A stretch of DNA of 64,000 bases from Octopus vulgaris (Eukaryota), in NCBI GenBank assembly GCA_951406725.2, contig OX597815.1, positions 156,860,001 to 156,924,000 on the forward strand, written 5' to 3'. Numbering within the stretch: position 1 is the stretch's first letter; every line of letters begins with the position of its first letter. This document shows positions 49,798-64,000 of the stretch, one piece after another. Below the pieces are notes generated by a model. The model did not search any database, had not been told where the DNA came from, and saw only the letters and a list, made by a program, of their open reading frames with translations. The position numbers and the translations under genes are program-made.

Positions 49798-51358
49798 ACC
49801 TAATAAACAAAGGGGACAGTTTAACCCTTGGTGTTCCAAGATACAACAGAAAATGTAGGTTATGTCATATTTCTGTGGAAAGCATTATACGTGTGATTAG
49901 CGTGTGCCCAATAATGCAATCAAGGTACTAACTCACTATGCGACGCAACGTTGTCGCAAAAACAATATACAATGTTATTTGGAGAAAAAGAGACTCTCCT
50001 GGAATAAATATAGAGAATCCCCTTGTTATTGAATATGTACTCAAAGACCAGCACAAGGAATACTGGTGGAACATTGCCATCAAAACATCTGTCAAGTGTA
50101 AGCATAATATACCGGGTAATGTTGCTTGGGACGGACATAGAGGTCAGTTGTCCTGCTGATGTAAATATCTCTTTGGAAACCAAAAGGAAAGGAAATAATT
50201 ATGGACAATTACTTCAAAACTTCAGGCTCCTATGTTCAGATTATAAATTTACATTTATTACATTTATACCAATAGTAATTAGTGCACATCATATTGTATG
50301 TAAATGCCTAACTGTCAACGTGGATAAGCTTGGATTTTCAGAGAGAGAATTCAACTGATTCGCATATTACGAATACAATCTGTAAGCAGAAGAGTAAATA
50401 TATGCTCTTTTGCTCTTTTACTCTTTTACTTGTTTCAGTCATCAGACTGCGGCCATGCTGGAGCGACGCCTTTAGTCGAGCAAATTGACCCCAGGACTTA
50501 TTCTTTCTAAGGATAGTATTTATTCTATCGATCTCGTTGCCGAACCGCTAAGTTAAAGTTACGGGGACGTAAACACACCAACATCGGTTTTCAAGCGATG
50601 TTGGGGGACAAACACAGACACACAAACATATACACACACATGCATATATAAATATACATACATTCGACGGACTTCTTTCAGTTTCCGTCTACCAAATCCA
50701 CTCACAGGCTTTTCTCAGTTTTAAAATATGAAATTCTTTTCGTCATCTACATTCTAACTATGGAGCTTTGCATCTTTGTTAGAGAATATCTCTTTCTTCA
50801 AAGGAGTAATTTAAATAATGAAAAACAGAAAAGAACGCATAAAATACGGAAATGAGCTGTATATATTGCAAACTGCCTGTTCAAAATCTTATAAACCACT
50901 GAGATACATGTAAGATGGGCACGAAGATATAGATAAATACGAAAAGAAACGAGATGCAATATGTAAATATGACGCAGCCAAAAATTAGTTGAAGAAAATA
51001 TTTCAGAATAGTGCTGTGAATTAGGTTGATCCAACAGAAAAAGAAAGGAAAAACTGTTTATTAGTTTGAGTTCATTTATTGGTATTAATAGAGATAGAAA
51101 ATTTTCCATGATCCGTGTGGACAGAAACCAATATGCATGTTACCCCTTGAAGGAAAATAACTCCTTTACAGAGTAGAGGACAATTATAACCTAATATGGA
51201 AATGCTTTAAATCTAAATTAGATTTTCGCCTCATAATTAGCTAAGTTTAAAATGTACGGTAATGCTATTAGCAACGATGGATGAGTTAAAAAAATATTAA
51301 TTAATGGATTCAATACTTACTATACCAAAGGAAATGTGTTATAAAGATATATATATAT

Positions 51359-51417
<59 letters not shown>

Positions 51418-51599
51418 CGCGCGCGTTGATGGATGGTAATACATTATTTTTTTTTACATTACGCAAAGATATATGTGTTTTCAGTGTGTGTTAGCAAAAG
51501 ATGGGCTAAATACTGTCTTAAGTAGAAAAGTATTCGTAACTGAGAATTTAGAATGAATTAAATAAACTAATAATAAGATTAAAAGTAAATATAAAATAC

Positions 51600-53470
51600 A
51601 AAAGAAGATATAGATTATGACATTTAATGATAATCAAATTTTCAGGCACGTAGCATTGTGAAAGTTAAAGAAGATCAATATATAATATGAATGAGTAGAA
51701 TACAGAAGTGAGTTATAAAGATATATAACTGTAAATATATGATCGCCAGTGGTTTGGATAGCAAGGGTATCGTGTATATGTTGCAAGAATAGTAAGGTGG
51801 TTCATATTATGCGATTTGATCGGCATAGTCTAAAGTTGGGGTGATTTATCATGTATGAAGCTTGTGGTGAGGTAAATATGATATTGAAGCACAATTTAGT
51901 AAAATTAATTTAAATAGAAAGCAAATTGATATTTGCAGACAGTTTTTAAGTATAGGTTTGCACAGTGCATAACAATATATGCAACTAATATGACGCTTTG
52001 ACTCTATAGGGAATATATCGAATTAATACATTTCCAGTTCCAATTGAGTTTCACCCAACAAGTTCAGATCAGGTTGTTTTATCCATTCAAATAAGAGATT
52101 TTTATTCTACTCATATTCAGTAATTGTGTCGTGAGAGTAATTTCAAAAGGAATTTAGATGGTAAGGTAGCAAAATTTACGTTAAATGGTGGTGGTGGGGT
52201 TGTTATATTAATTACTATTACTTTTCTTATAATTATTTCTATAAGAGGATGATCTCGAACTCCCCGCAATTGCCGCAAGAGAAATTATTAACTCCGCAAC
52301 CATTCCACGCGTCATCATCCTTCCCTGGAAATAAGGCAGCATGCTGGAAGAATCCTTACTACACTGGACTAAATACTTAAGGGCATTTCGTCCGTCTTTA
52401 CATTCTAAGTTCTGATTCCACCGAGGTCATCTTTACCTTTCATCTTTTCGGAATCAATAAAATAAGTAACAGTCGAATACTGGGATCAATTTAATCGACT
52501 GGCCACTCCCACAAAAATTTCTGGCCGTGTATCTATATCAAAAAGAATTATTCTTTCCTGGAAACATCTGTTTACGAAGCAATCACCAGAGAGTTTATAT
52601 TCCTTTGTTAGCTTTGGTTTTTCTATTAGTCTGAATGTTTTTTAGAGTAGCAGGACAATGGGTTTAACAGTTAAGCGGAACGGATGTTTCAGACTTTTAT
52701 TCTTCGTTTGACGGTGGGTAAATTACAGAAAACGGGGTCGTATATGCTGCAAGGTGGCATAGGCGGAAGCAGTTGTTTCATTTAATTTCCAAGGCGATTG
52801 AATTTTTAGACTAGCAGTAATGTTGTGTGAGACACCTACTCACAAATCCTATTCAAAGTCTTTTCACTCGCTATCCCTGAAATAGTACAATATAGTTCCG
52901 GGTATTCTCAACATACATTTAAGTATAGATAAAAATACTACATAATCTATTAGATATATTTGAAACTAAATTACTAGTAATAGTACTGAGACATTTAAAA
53001 TGTAGGTAGTTATATATTCATTTGGTTTAGTGTAAGAATATTCTAAGGAGTTAGCTGAAATTAAATTGATTTTGTTATGTTAGTTCCGGTGGTAATTAGA
53101 AATACGAATTTCTCGAAGACAAGTTCAATAGATTCTAATTCTATCTGTATTTTCAATGTTACATTTGTTGAAAGATTATGACTGTCATCTCTGTAGAAAC
53201 CGCCTTCGATATCAGGAAACAAGTTTTGGAGGTTGTGCAGTAAGTTACCACGCCTACGAGATTTCAACTTTGTTTAGTTTTGTTGCTTTTTTAGAATTAT
53301 CCTTTAATTTTCTGAAAGTTCTCATTCCCACAAGATATAATTCAATAGAATTTTCCTTTTTTTCCCTTCATTTGAAATTAATTGGTTGGCATAAGTATAT
53401 TATTTTCTTCGTCTAAGCCTTATCTCAGTTTCTCTTATCTTATTCAATTACGAGTTTAAAATGTTTACCG

Positions 53471-53502
<32 letters not shown>

Positions 53503-54360
53503 ACACTTTATTTTGGTGTCCTGATTCCGCTAATGAATATAGCTTCATCGTTAATCTTAACTTCTTTTCCATACCCTTACATACCTTTACGCTTACCAAA
53601 TTATTTAAACAAATCTCATTAAAATTTAAAGTATTAGTATATCACCTACTGTGAAAGTAATTATTATCTATCTACCAGTAACAATTGCTTTCCATCTATT
53701 GTTTCAACCGAAACCAATAAATGCTGCCTTGCTTTCTGTTGGATAGCTTTATTTAACGTGTTGGCTAGTAGATGTATCGAAGGTGGTAGAGACTTTGTTA
53801 ATCAAAGTTCATAAAAGAGGACGATAGGTTTGACAGTTAAGCGGAACGGATATGTTTCAGACTTTTATACTTCGTTTGACGGTGAGGAAATTACGGAAAA
53901 TGGGGTCGTATATGCTGCAAGGTGGCATAGGCGGAAGCAGTAGTTTCATTGAATGTCCAAGGTGATTGAATTTATCAAACTAAACTCTAAACAAATTAAG
54001 GGATTTGGGGAATAATTTAATTTGCATAAATTAAATTTACCTTATTCAGCCTATGTTATTTCTCGCATCTCTTTATTTGGATCGCCACTATCTTCCATCA
54101 ATCTTTAGCTTTATCTTCTTTAATTATTGCATCCATCTTTACCAAAACTTTTTATGTAATCTCATCTTCAAACAGTTTTTATTAGACTAAAACAGCTTTT
54201 AATCCGAAGTATTCATATTCACTAAGAATTTTTCATCAACACCAAATACATTGGATTGTTTATCATCATGACAGCCTAATAACTTTCTTGAACTTGAAGT
54301 AAATCTATGGGTATTTCGTAGCAAAATTATTTTGCGATACTATTAGCGAGTATTATTTCT
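51600..54360 (-). mobile_element. Decayed Penelope-like element (RT and GIY-YIG remnants), interrupted by a SINE and other inserts
   Basis: FPDIEGGFYRDD...ITTGTNITKSI is PLE RT of the YRDD type. A weak GIY-YIG-like region lies at ~51700-52050. Confidence 0.5.
52662..53973. repeat. ~145-bp direct repeat pair (52662-52805 / 53829-53973)
   Basis: ACAGTTAAGCGGAACGGAT..GTTTCAGACTTTTAT...GGGGTCGTATATGCTGCAAGGTGGCATAGGCGGAAGCAG occurs twice, ~1.17 kb apart. Confidence 0.85.
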
Positions 54361-56901
54361 CTTAAATTTAATTGTTCAATGGTTTTCAAGATGTTCTGTT
54401 ATATTTATTACCACCTCAGCCCTCTCCTTATCTTTCGTACTCTCTCAGGTATATATACATATATGGCTTCTGTTTGCATCAAAATCACTTTCGGCTTCCT
54501 TATTCACGAAGGAAAAGAGGTGGAATGAGTGTCAGAATTGCAGTGCAACTACTTCACTATCAGCGAGAGGAAAGACCTTGAATAAGATTTGTCAGTAGTT
54601 GTCAGTAGTTGTCACACAAGAAAATCTACTGCAATTATAAAAAAACATTAACATTAATGAAAAGATCTAAACTAACATGATTCTTTCGTAAACAGATATT
54701 TCCAAGAAAGAATAATTCTTTCTAATATAAGCACAAAGCCTGAAATTTTGAGGAAGGTGGCCAGTCGATTACATCAACCCCATTGTCCAGATCGTACTTA
54801 TTTTATCGACCCCGAAAAGATGACTGAAACAAAGAAAAGATAAACGGTAAAAGATAAATATGAAACATTGGAAGAGTATACAAAAGAGCAATGGATGGAT
54901 GAGAAGTCAACCGGATTTTAGTGACCCTCCGACAAAGACGGGTCAAGGAGACACTGTAACAAGATCCCTCTGAAGGTCTAAGATGTGTTCTTTTGCTCAA
55001 TGTTATTCTCCAATCTACAGCTGTATGCTTTGATTTGTTCTCTCCACTCTAACCATTTTCACCACTTTCAAGTACCTTTTAAGAAATACACTAGAGGAGA
55101 GTAATTTCATCTCTACGCTCAACTCATTTCTGAGTGCTACTGGAAAATATCGATGAAGCCTTGCCCGAAGTAGAAGAGTCAATAACAGATCCTTTCACCT
55201 TAGTCATTAAACAGGGGGAAATCGTCTTACTTAACGAGGTTAGATAGAATGATCTTTAAGATGGCTTATGTTCTGCACACATCATTACTACAAAGGTCAG
55301 CAATGTTTCGATACTGCACGAGGAGGGACAGAACGGTTTCGTCACTTTGCGTGCTCTGCGGACAGTTTGCTTGAAGGACACTTTTGTGCCTATAGACATT
55401 AACTAGAAGAGCCCTGCAGGGATTCTGGAATTTTTTCATATTTACCTGTGAAATTCCTCTTGAAAATAACAAGCAGTTTGTTCTTTGTTTAATCCTAAAA
55501 TTTCTCTTAGTACTTCGCTGCGCATACTCACCCCTAATCCTGTATATATATTGCTAAATTACTTCTGTCACCGGACGTATTGCTAAAGTGGTAGTTGGGG
55601 GTGAGAAGTTACGACATTTCACATCATCAAGTGCACAAGCCAAAAGTTTGTGACAGATAGGGTTTTTGACATCGGCTACAAATTGCGTATTTGAACAGTA
55701 ATTTGTTTTATCGATCATGAAAGCAGGAAAAGTGAAATTAACATCAGCTGTATTTCAATTCAGAAGGTAAACGACTGTAACTAATACAACAAAATCTAAT
55801 ATGAACCTCTTTTAAGTGTCATTGTTTTTCTTTTATTTATTTCATCACATTCAGCAGTTTTAATACAGAAATGGCATATTGGATAATATGAGCACGTATC
55901 CGTGATAGTTTTAAAATAAGACTGAATTATCATAACTGCAACACCTCTATCATAGATATTCTAATTTAGAGGTGATCTGTGAGTCCATTAAAAATAAATC
56001 ACTGACATCTAAGTTTGCAAAATAGAGTCTCTCTCTCTCTCTCTCTCTCTTTCTCTCCTCTCTCTCGCTCTCTTTCTCTCTCATTATTTCTACCACCATC
56101 ACACTTTCATTTTCTCACCAGCCAGCACATATAGATCTTTCAATGTCCGTCGATTATTAAGGAAAACAGATATATTTTTCAGCAGGTAATATATTAACAC
56201 TATCAGTAAAATTAGATTAAATATTTCCTATTTGCAAACTGTACACACTAAACTCGGAAGCTATTGGTTTAAAAAATAAATCTGTATTAAGATACACATT
56301 ATTATACATATGTACATACATAAACACACACATAAAGACAGTAACAACTATAGCAAGTCTGCTTATTTCTGTCTTGCCTGCTCTGTATAACGGTAATATA
56401 TAAAACCTAAGATATGAAGTCAACTTAAATAACTACGAAATATCCAAGACAATCTCTTGAGAGACGAGGACGATGAAAAGAATAACCTGCATATTGAAAA
56501 TTTGTGAGTGGTTTTGGGGGTGTTGGGAGGTGGGCTGCCCGCTCGGAACCGAGGAATACAGTCACTGACCATTAAGAATATTGTACACTCAGACAGATGT
56601 CTACTTTACACTTGTGATTCCGCTGGTGACTAATTAATCCAGTCCTTGATAAACATACACATCCGGAGATATTGCAGATCAAGCCTCCGCCATTCACTGC
56701 ACTGGCGATATATATGTCAAGCTATATCTGCCTTTACCTTTGCTTTGGATAATATCTGTACCGCGGAGAGGGCAGACAGGTATGTATGGGTGATTGCTAG
56801 TCTTCCATAAACAATGTTGCCCGGGCTCGTGCCTCGGAGGGTAACTTTCTAGATGCAAGCTCATGATCATTCATGACCGAAGGGGGGTTTTACCCTTACC
56901 C

Positions 56902-56934
<33 letters not shown>

Positions 56935-56951
56935 CTGTGTGTGTGTGTGTA

Positions 56952-57695
56952 ACAACATGAACAAGAAGGGAGAAAATCACAGATTGTTTTTATTATGCCA
57001 GCGTATTTAGACAGAAATACGCTGGCATTGTTAGTTATGCTCCATCGTACAATAATGCTAATTTTAAATGTTGTGTTTGCCTAGAGGAAATATATTGTAT
57101 AATTACCTTAAAATTAAAAATATTAAATTGTAGAATCAGTGTTACGTTGAAATATTCCCATAAATATAGAAAAGTATTTAAATACTTCAATAGTAAAAAA
57201 TGCCTTAATTGCTTTTCCTGTAATCTAATAAGCATAATTTTTCGAAGTTTTTTCAGTGCATTTAAAACATGATCAGTTGTTTTAATAAATAATAGTTTAT
57301 ATCTCGATGAAATAAAGTATATATACATCAATAACTAAATAACTAAGTAATTGATGTAGAATTACTATGTTTATTTTTTATTCTTCCTTTATCTAATGAT
57401 GGCATCACAAGTTTAAATACCACACTATTTTTTCCTAGAATATTATATTTCTACTTTTTCGTATGCGTTCATGTATTAGAAATATTATATCGGTTCACTT
57501 TGAAATGAACCTTTTTTGTATTACTTTGCTAATATTGTGTCAGCATTCATTTTCGGATATATTGGTTTGAATTGTATTTTGTACCTTTTTTTTCTATATC
57601 TAAATATGCTGGCAAAATAAAAAAAAAAACCGTCAGTAATGCATGATATTATCACCAATTACAGATGTGATTTTCTCCATTCTTGTTCGTGTCAT
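56952..57695. mobile_element. MITE/foldback element with imperfect long TIRs and an internal 14-bp perfect hairpin
   Basis: GAACAAGAAGGGAGAAAATCACA...TTTTTATTATGCCAGCGTATTTAGA is inverted at 57591-57695. Hairpin ATGCCAGCGTATTT-agacag-AAATACGCTGGCAT at 56995-57028. Confidence 0.65.
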
Positions 57696-57893
57696 AATAT
57701 ACACCGGATTTATTTGAATATGTTTTCAGAGATATTTGGATTTACTCATAATACACGAAGAATTAACTTGGATATTAATTCTATTCGAGTTTATTGATAT
57801 CTGATTGATCTAGTTAATCAAGTTCACTTAACAATGAATATTTTCTAGATACATACCTCGATTTATTTATCCTTTTACCTCTTTCTCTCTCTC

Positions 57894-57924
<31 letters not shown>

Positions 57925-59208
57925 ACGCGCGCGTGTGTGTGTGTGTGTGTGTATTACTTAGGCACAGCGATGCTTATAACTTGCTGTTAGAACTCACTAT
58001 ACATTATATACTTCATAATGAAGTATCAGTCGCGTTCAGAGGGGTAATAAATAGTTCAAATGGCAAAAGGAAAAAAATTATGTTATGATAAACTTCATTT
58101 ATCTAACAGCTATTTCTGGCATGTGATGCAGTGCATTGATATTTAAATGTTTGATTATCACCCTATAGCTTCATTGGAGCTTCAAACATGAATTGCATTC
58201 ATGCTGTAAACTACTGATATTTAATTACATAATTCTTTTTTTTCTTTTTCATTCCAATTTCTTCAATATCTGTACGCACACAAGCATTGTTAATCTAATA
58301 TATATTGTATTTTATTTTATGATCCTTTTAACGCTATTATTTTATAAAATCACAAATATTGTTTTGAATCTGCATTCTAAATTGAATTAATCTTTTGTAC
58401 TGCGCTGCAAGGAACTAAAGCTACAAACGTTGGAACCTCTGGATGATTTTACACTTTACACTTCCAAATGTGAAAAACTACCTTGATAAGGTCAGCCTAT
58501 CATGTTAGGTTTCATTTCGGCTTTGAGTCATTTGGGTTTAGAATTCTGGTAAAAAAAACATCGTCGTTTATCTTTAACATGAGATCACTAGGCTGCAAGT
58601 TAACGTCAATCCTGTTCAAAATTGACAGTCACACAAACAAATATATACAATTATATGTGTGTGTATTTTTGCATACCAGAGATTAAAACAACGAACAAAT
58701 GCTGCAATTAATTTGCCTTTCCGGGCTGTATGATACATAAGTGGCAACAGTAATCTATACTGCTCCAAAGCGGCTAATTGCAAAAGCCAGGGATTTTTGT
58801 AATCAGGTTCCCTACATCAGTTACGACGAATTTTGTCTCAACATGTAGTACAAGTAAGTACACGTTTCTGACAAAGCTAGCTCAAAGATGTAGAATTAAG
58901 CAGCAAACATTCTCACCAATGTTGGTGGACGATTTTCACCATCTATAGTTGAGATAGTTGTGTTATTAAACACAGTTAGTTCATAAGACATATTAATTCA
59001 GATTAAATATCGCAGTTAATTTGGGTTTTTTTTTCATGATGTCTTTACATTTAGTATTATACACAAGTGCCTATCTTAATCTAATACCGTCGCACGTAAC
59101 TGATGAATTATTATGTTTTTGTATAATCATCTATTTATTCTGTCGAATAAACTCTCCAAAGTATTATGTCAAATTTTGAATATGTTCACATGAGTATGCT
59201 CGCAATCA

Positions 59209-59243
<35 letters not shown>

Positions 59244-59659
59244 CCCACAGTCACATAATACACGACACATACACGCATGAACAAAAGGTGAAGCCCTTGG
59301 AGCCCAAATGAAAATGCCGATTATCTCATTACACACGTAATCAGCATCTGATCAAAGTACTAACCGAAGTACTAACTCCCAATGCAGTAGGATGTTGTTG
59401 CTAAAATATTATACAGTACCAAACCATCCGGAAAAATCTCCTTCTTAATAAATAAGTACATAAATATCAACACAAGGAACATTGGTCGATCATTCCCATC
59501 AAAATATCTATCGAGTGTAAACATAATAATCCGGATATTGTTGTATGGTATAGACAAGAAAACATATGTACCGTTATAGAAGAGAGCTCTCCTGCTGATG
59601 TGAATATGTCTTTGAAAATCAAAGAGAAAGAGGATATGTGAGAGAGAGAGCAAAAGAAA

Positions 59660-59905
59660 GAAGCCTGAGTTATAAAAAATAAGTCAAATCAAAGGCCTTC
59701 TTTCATTGTGCCAAAGGAACTTACTCAGTACGCTGCAATATAGGACCACTCTTCCAAAAGAATGGCTCCCTCACAGATAGTCTAACCAGGATCAGTGAGG
59801 TACTGAATGACCAGTTCAAAAGTGTATTAACCACCACGTTGGAACACAGACAAGTGAACGAACCAGTGGATTTCTTTGCCGCCTCACCTATAAGCTAGTG
59901 TACGT
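59660..59905 (+). mobile_element. CR1-like LINE ORF2 remnant
   Basis: IGPLFQKNGSLTDSLTRISEVLNDQFKSVLT resembles the CR1 inter-domain motif IGPL...LNxQFxSVFT. Confidence 0.55.
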
Positions 59906-60259
59906 TGTATGTTTACCTTCTTTCGCATGTTAGTCTGCACATGCTACATTTTATCATTTCGCAAATACACTCACACATAGGCTCGTACTTATATAATCAA
60001 TCACACATAGATACACCATTACATCTCTGGGCATCCCCATCCACACACACTCACGTAACGCACACACGGACTTTATTGTTTTGGTTTCTATTTTTTATTT
60101 ATATATATATTTATATGTGTCGGGGGTGCGTGTGTACATATATACAAATACATCACCCACACACTCCTACCGATCAACAAACACATGCACACCCATACAT
60201 ATACGCACTTATATTTATCTACTGAAATTAAGATACATAGTTATATTGTTGGACACTCC

Positions 60260-62030
60260 ATCTTAAGTACACACGACCCTATACAGAAGTGAAGACAGGA
60301 AAGGATGGGTTTAGTGAAATTGAATAATAGTTATAATTTGTATACACTGTTCCATCTGGAAAATGCATACTTGGCGTGGTTGTTACACCTTGGAATTTTC
60401 TCATCATGTTTGTTTACCAGGTTTTCCTTACTCAGCAATATACTCAATACTTCCTCAAGGCAAAGTTCACATTTGTCGGATAGCGAATTACAAGGGTGTG
60501 CATTTTTTTACCATTCCATATGATATTTTATTTTTGATTCTTTCAGTCACCATATGAGGTCTGCCAATGAGGTCTATTTATTTTTCGGAATGATGAGATG
60601 TGGTTTCAATAACGGACTTTGAATCGGTTTTCTGTGGCACCTATGTAAACGTTTTTATGTTGGGATGTGGAGATTGCGCATTTATATACCATGTTGTTTT
60701 GGACACATTGATTCAAGAGCAGAGAGGCGGATTTGCTACGGCTTGTGCACTTATTCGTATTCTTATTATATTCATGTTTATTTGGTGGTGTTTTGATTCT
60801 GTTTTCATGGTATCTGTTTCATTGCTAGTACCCGAAGCCTTGTTGAATCGACATTCTCTTTTGTTGCCACCATCTTTTACATTATCTGAGTTTTCGCAGT
60901 CTATCTGTTATATATTTTTGTTATTGGTAAATTCTGTGAAGCTTTTATTTGTTTGTTCTCTGCCAGCAGACGTTGTTTGCATGTTTGATTTCCAGTTGTA
61001 TTTATGTATGTAGTACTCCATGTTTTAAGATGTCGCATACGATATTTTCACTGTGTGCTTGTTGAATAAATGGTAGTATTTATGTTTTAGGGAAGCATCT
61101 ATTTAATACTGCTATGAACTGTTTACCAGTCTTGCACGATATTTGGAGTCCATAGGAATTCCGAATTTTTGTACCTTTAGTTTGGTTCCTTTCATCTATT
61201 TTGTGTTGTGATTATGTGCATCTGTATTCCAATTTTTTCTGTCCTTTTGGGTTATATCAGTTTTCGTGTTATCTGTATATTCTACCTTATTTGCGTCTGT
61301 GTCATTTGGGGTTTCGTTATTTTCAAATCCGACCCTAGTTAACGCTTCATCGTAATATGGTACATGTTGTTTGAATATTTCCTCCGTGGCTGTAATAATA
61401 GTGATATTCTCGTAACTACGCTCTTAATTATACCCTTGATTATGGAAAGCGGACGATTGGAATTGACATTTATGTGTCTCAAGCATTCATTACATGCCAC
61501 TTTCAAAATTAAAAATCGCATCTAAAAAATTTGCCTTACGGTAATTACTGTCTATGTGAACAGAAAGGCCGAAACGTCAAAAAATTTATGGAGTTCTTTT
61601 CTGTATCTTTCCTATCTCAATTTTAGTACAGTTTTTCAATAGGATAAATGCACCGACTCTGTACGGACCTCCTGTTATCTGCGGGAATTCTGATTTGACA
61701 TGGGATAATAGATAGATTGCAACGATATTCGATACTTGAGCCGAGTCACTCGATCCAATTGTTATGTCAAATGAATCATCCTATATGTTTCTCTTCCATA
61801 GTTTGTTGTCGTAACTAATAATAGTTTGACGAGCTGTTAAGATCATGTCCACGTCTGCGCTAGATAAACTAGAGCTTTTCATTGCGAAAATCAGAGCCTC
61901 ATTAGTACTATAGGATTAGTGGTTGAATAGTAACTATCTCTATCTAATTTTATAAGTTTGGATTTTTTTTGTTTTGTTTTTTTCTGCTCTTATAATCCTA
62001 TAACCTCCTGAGTGCAAGACTACAATGAAA
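60260..62030 (-). mobile_element. Penelope-like element (RT and GIY-YIG endonuclease), decayed
   Basis: SFDITIGSSDSAQVSNIVAIYLLS...GGPYR...ANFLDA (PLE RT) and YKCAISTSQHKNVYIGATENRFKVRY*NHISSF (GIY-YIG). Confidence 0.78.
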
Positions 62031-62093
62031 GTCCAATCATTAAAGAGCTGTCGAATCGTACTTCCTCTCGCATTTGACTCGATTTATTCTTTC

Positions 62094-62198
<105 letters not shown>

Positions 62199-62350
62199 GT
62201 ATATATATATATACATGCATATACATATATAAATATATACACACACACACACATATGTGTGAGCGTGTGTGTGTCTGTGTGTGTGTGTGTGTCTGTGTGT
62301 GTCTGTGTGTGTATGTGTGTGTGTGTGTTTGTGTGTGTGAGTGTGTGTAG

Positions 62351-62486
62351 TATCACCTGATGAAATTAATCAATGATGATGATCAACCGAATGCTACGGT
62401 TAATACGGAATATATAACATTAATCCTAAGGTTACCCACTCTGATGTCAAAGTGATGTAATTTGTGGAAACGCAAGTAGCGATGTG
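62351..62486 (+). ncRNA. Degenerate type I hammerhead-like motif next to the Penelope-like element
   Basis: TATCAC-CTGATGA-AATTA...TAATTT-gtg-GAAAC-GCAA-GT-A-GCGATG. The stems are imperfect. Confidence 0.4.
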
Positions 62487-62991
62487 AAAAATAGTTATAA
62501 ATTCCATCCTAGAATTATTGTTATTATTATATTTATCCTACAGTATATCGGTATAACTATGATGAAACCCCGAAAAGCTGACTCACTAATAAGTATCATT
62601 AGACGGTAGCCGGCATAATGAAATAGGAGCTTTATTTTACACACCTCTAACGTCACCATAAACGAATTTAAAAGATTTATTACATATATAGTTGTGTTTG
62701 ATAATTGCCAACGCACGAAAGTCTCGGCCTTAGGAGTCACTCGCTAACTTCGTCTAAATATACATAAATAAATATATACGTGTGTTTATGTATGTATTTT
62801 TATATCTACATGTATGTGCGTTTGTGTGTGTGTATTTGCATATGCTGTATTTTGTATACTTAAACTAACTCTTCGTTTTTATATAACTTAATTCAGTTTT
62901 GTAAATCCATATATGACATCTTTATTCTATATCTGAAATAAACTCTAATAACATAGTCTTTATCATCATCGTCGTCGTCGTTATCGTCATC

Positions 62992-63022
<31 letters not shown>

Positions 63023-64000
63023 ACCTCATCATCATCACCATCATAATATTATAACATACAACACAATTTTGATTCCTCCTCATATCATAAAGCAAAAGTA
63101 GGTTGTGTTTGTAAGACGAAATCACATTTTAAAGGAGATCATTACAATTTTAAGTCGTCTCTTCGTTCATGGATGAAGAAGCGAAGAAAATAGCGTCTTG
63201 CTGCTTGAATGATGCTGTAGTAGGTGATGAGATGTTGAACGTTTGTAAGAGTACAAATAAAAGCATATAGTTTTTTTTCCCGCATCTCCCATTTGCAACA
63301 GCAAAATCAGCAGCAACGTTTGCTGCATAACACCTTATCCAACTATGTTCCCAGTCTAACGTTTGCTACTTTAATTGTATCTGATTATCTCAACAAGCGA
63401 ACTGAAACTTAAAACCAATCGATGCATTCATTTCGCTTTTCTTACAGACTCCACTCGTCTCAACTACACTACTTTGCATTGTTAAATATATTTTATTCGG
63501 TTCTTCCTTTTACGATTATATCTCAATGAAGTACTTTTCGTTCTCGAATTCTCTCACTTTTAGCAAATCTACAATAAGAACTCTACTGCTATTCATATAG
63601 ACAAACTCATTCAGTTATCTGACCTTCACACCACCTGCAGCTTTCTCTTGAACTGAATTGTTTTGCTCCTCGTGATTCGTATTACTTGCAGGAGTTGAAA
63701 TATTGCTGATATTGTAAAAGGTGCTTCCTACTGCTGTTACTTGAAATTATGTCGCACTTTGTTAATCTGCTAACAGTCAGATTAATTCTGATTTCTTTAC
63801 TCAATATACAAGGATTAGAGTTTTCACCTGCCGATTTCTAGATAATGTATGATTTGGATTGTTTAGAATCTCTACTTGAGTGCATTTTTTTTTTTTTTTT
63901 TGCAATAAATATTCGTTCGTTTAAAAAACTCTTTGCTTGTTCTCTAAGTTTCGAATAGCAAAGGAAGTTAAACTGTATGTATATTACAGTACAAAATACC

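Larger units (their letters stand above)
48350..50400 (+). mobile_element. Decayed R4/Dong-like LINE interrupted by a (TC)n tract and by the 49352-49797 insert
   Basis: KEIFQG, FHRNSNIDRL, YITSHFEGYGFIVEKQIT, CRLCH...VISVCP, RRNVVAKTIYNVI, EYWWNIAIKT. A same-family remnant lies at ~59290-59650. Confidence 0.65.

Noticed and set aside
54890-55560. Possible L1/Tx1 C-terminal zinc-finger remnant (SSLCVLCGQ...GFW)
   Set aside because: Too degenerate to assign without a profile search.
63100-63900. Possible decayed transposase on the minus strand (LDKVLCSKRCC*FC)
   Set aside because: A single weak motif with many stops; not supportable.

Overview
AT-rich, microsatellite-saturated metazoan DNA. 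The SINE families and repeat landscape look cephalopod (Octopus-like), which is an inference. I found no confident intact host gene, so the window is probably intergenic or intronic. Two near-intact mobile elements dominate: a full-length Tx1/L1-clade LINE (11026-16454, +) inserted in a (TC)n tract, and a complete canonical Helitron (37850-43988, -) inserted in (TA)n. The Helitron RepHel carries nine N-terminal 23-aa STPR-type repeats, and the element sits tail-to-tail with its own ~366-bp non-autonomous derivative. Around them are decayed RTE, CR1, R4/Dong, Penelope-like, hAT, mariner and piggyBac-like remnants, several tRNA-derived SINE families, three MITE/foldback elements and a degenerate PI-PLC X-domain pseudogene. 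The most notable observations are: (1) a 358-bp-period retrozyme-like element with a type I hammerhead ribozyme (49352-49797), plus further hammerhead motifs; (2) two related Tx1 families in different microsatellites, (TC)n versus (TATC)n, within a wider pattern in which each element class occupies its own microsatellite; (3) a possible STPR-mediated (TA)n targeting mechanism for the Helitron. Most short ORFs in the ORF track are microsatellite artefacts.
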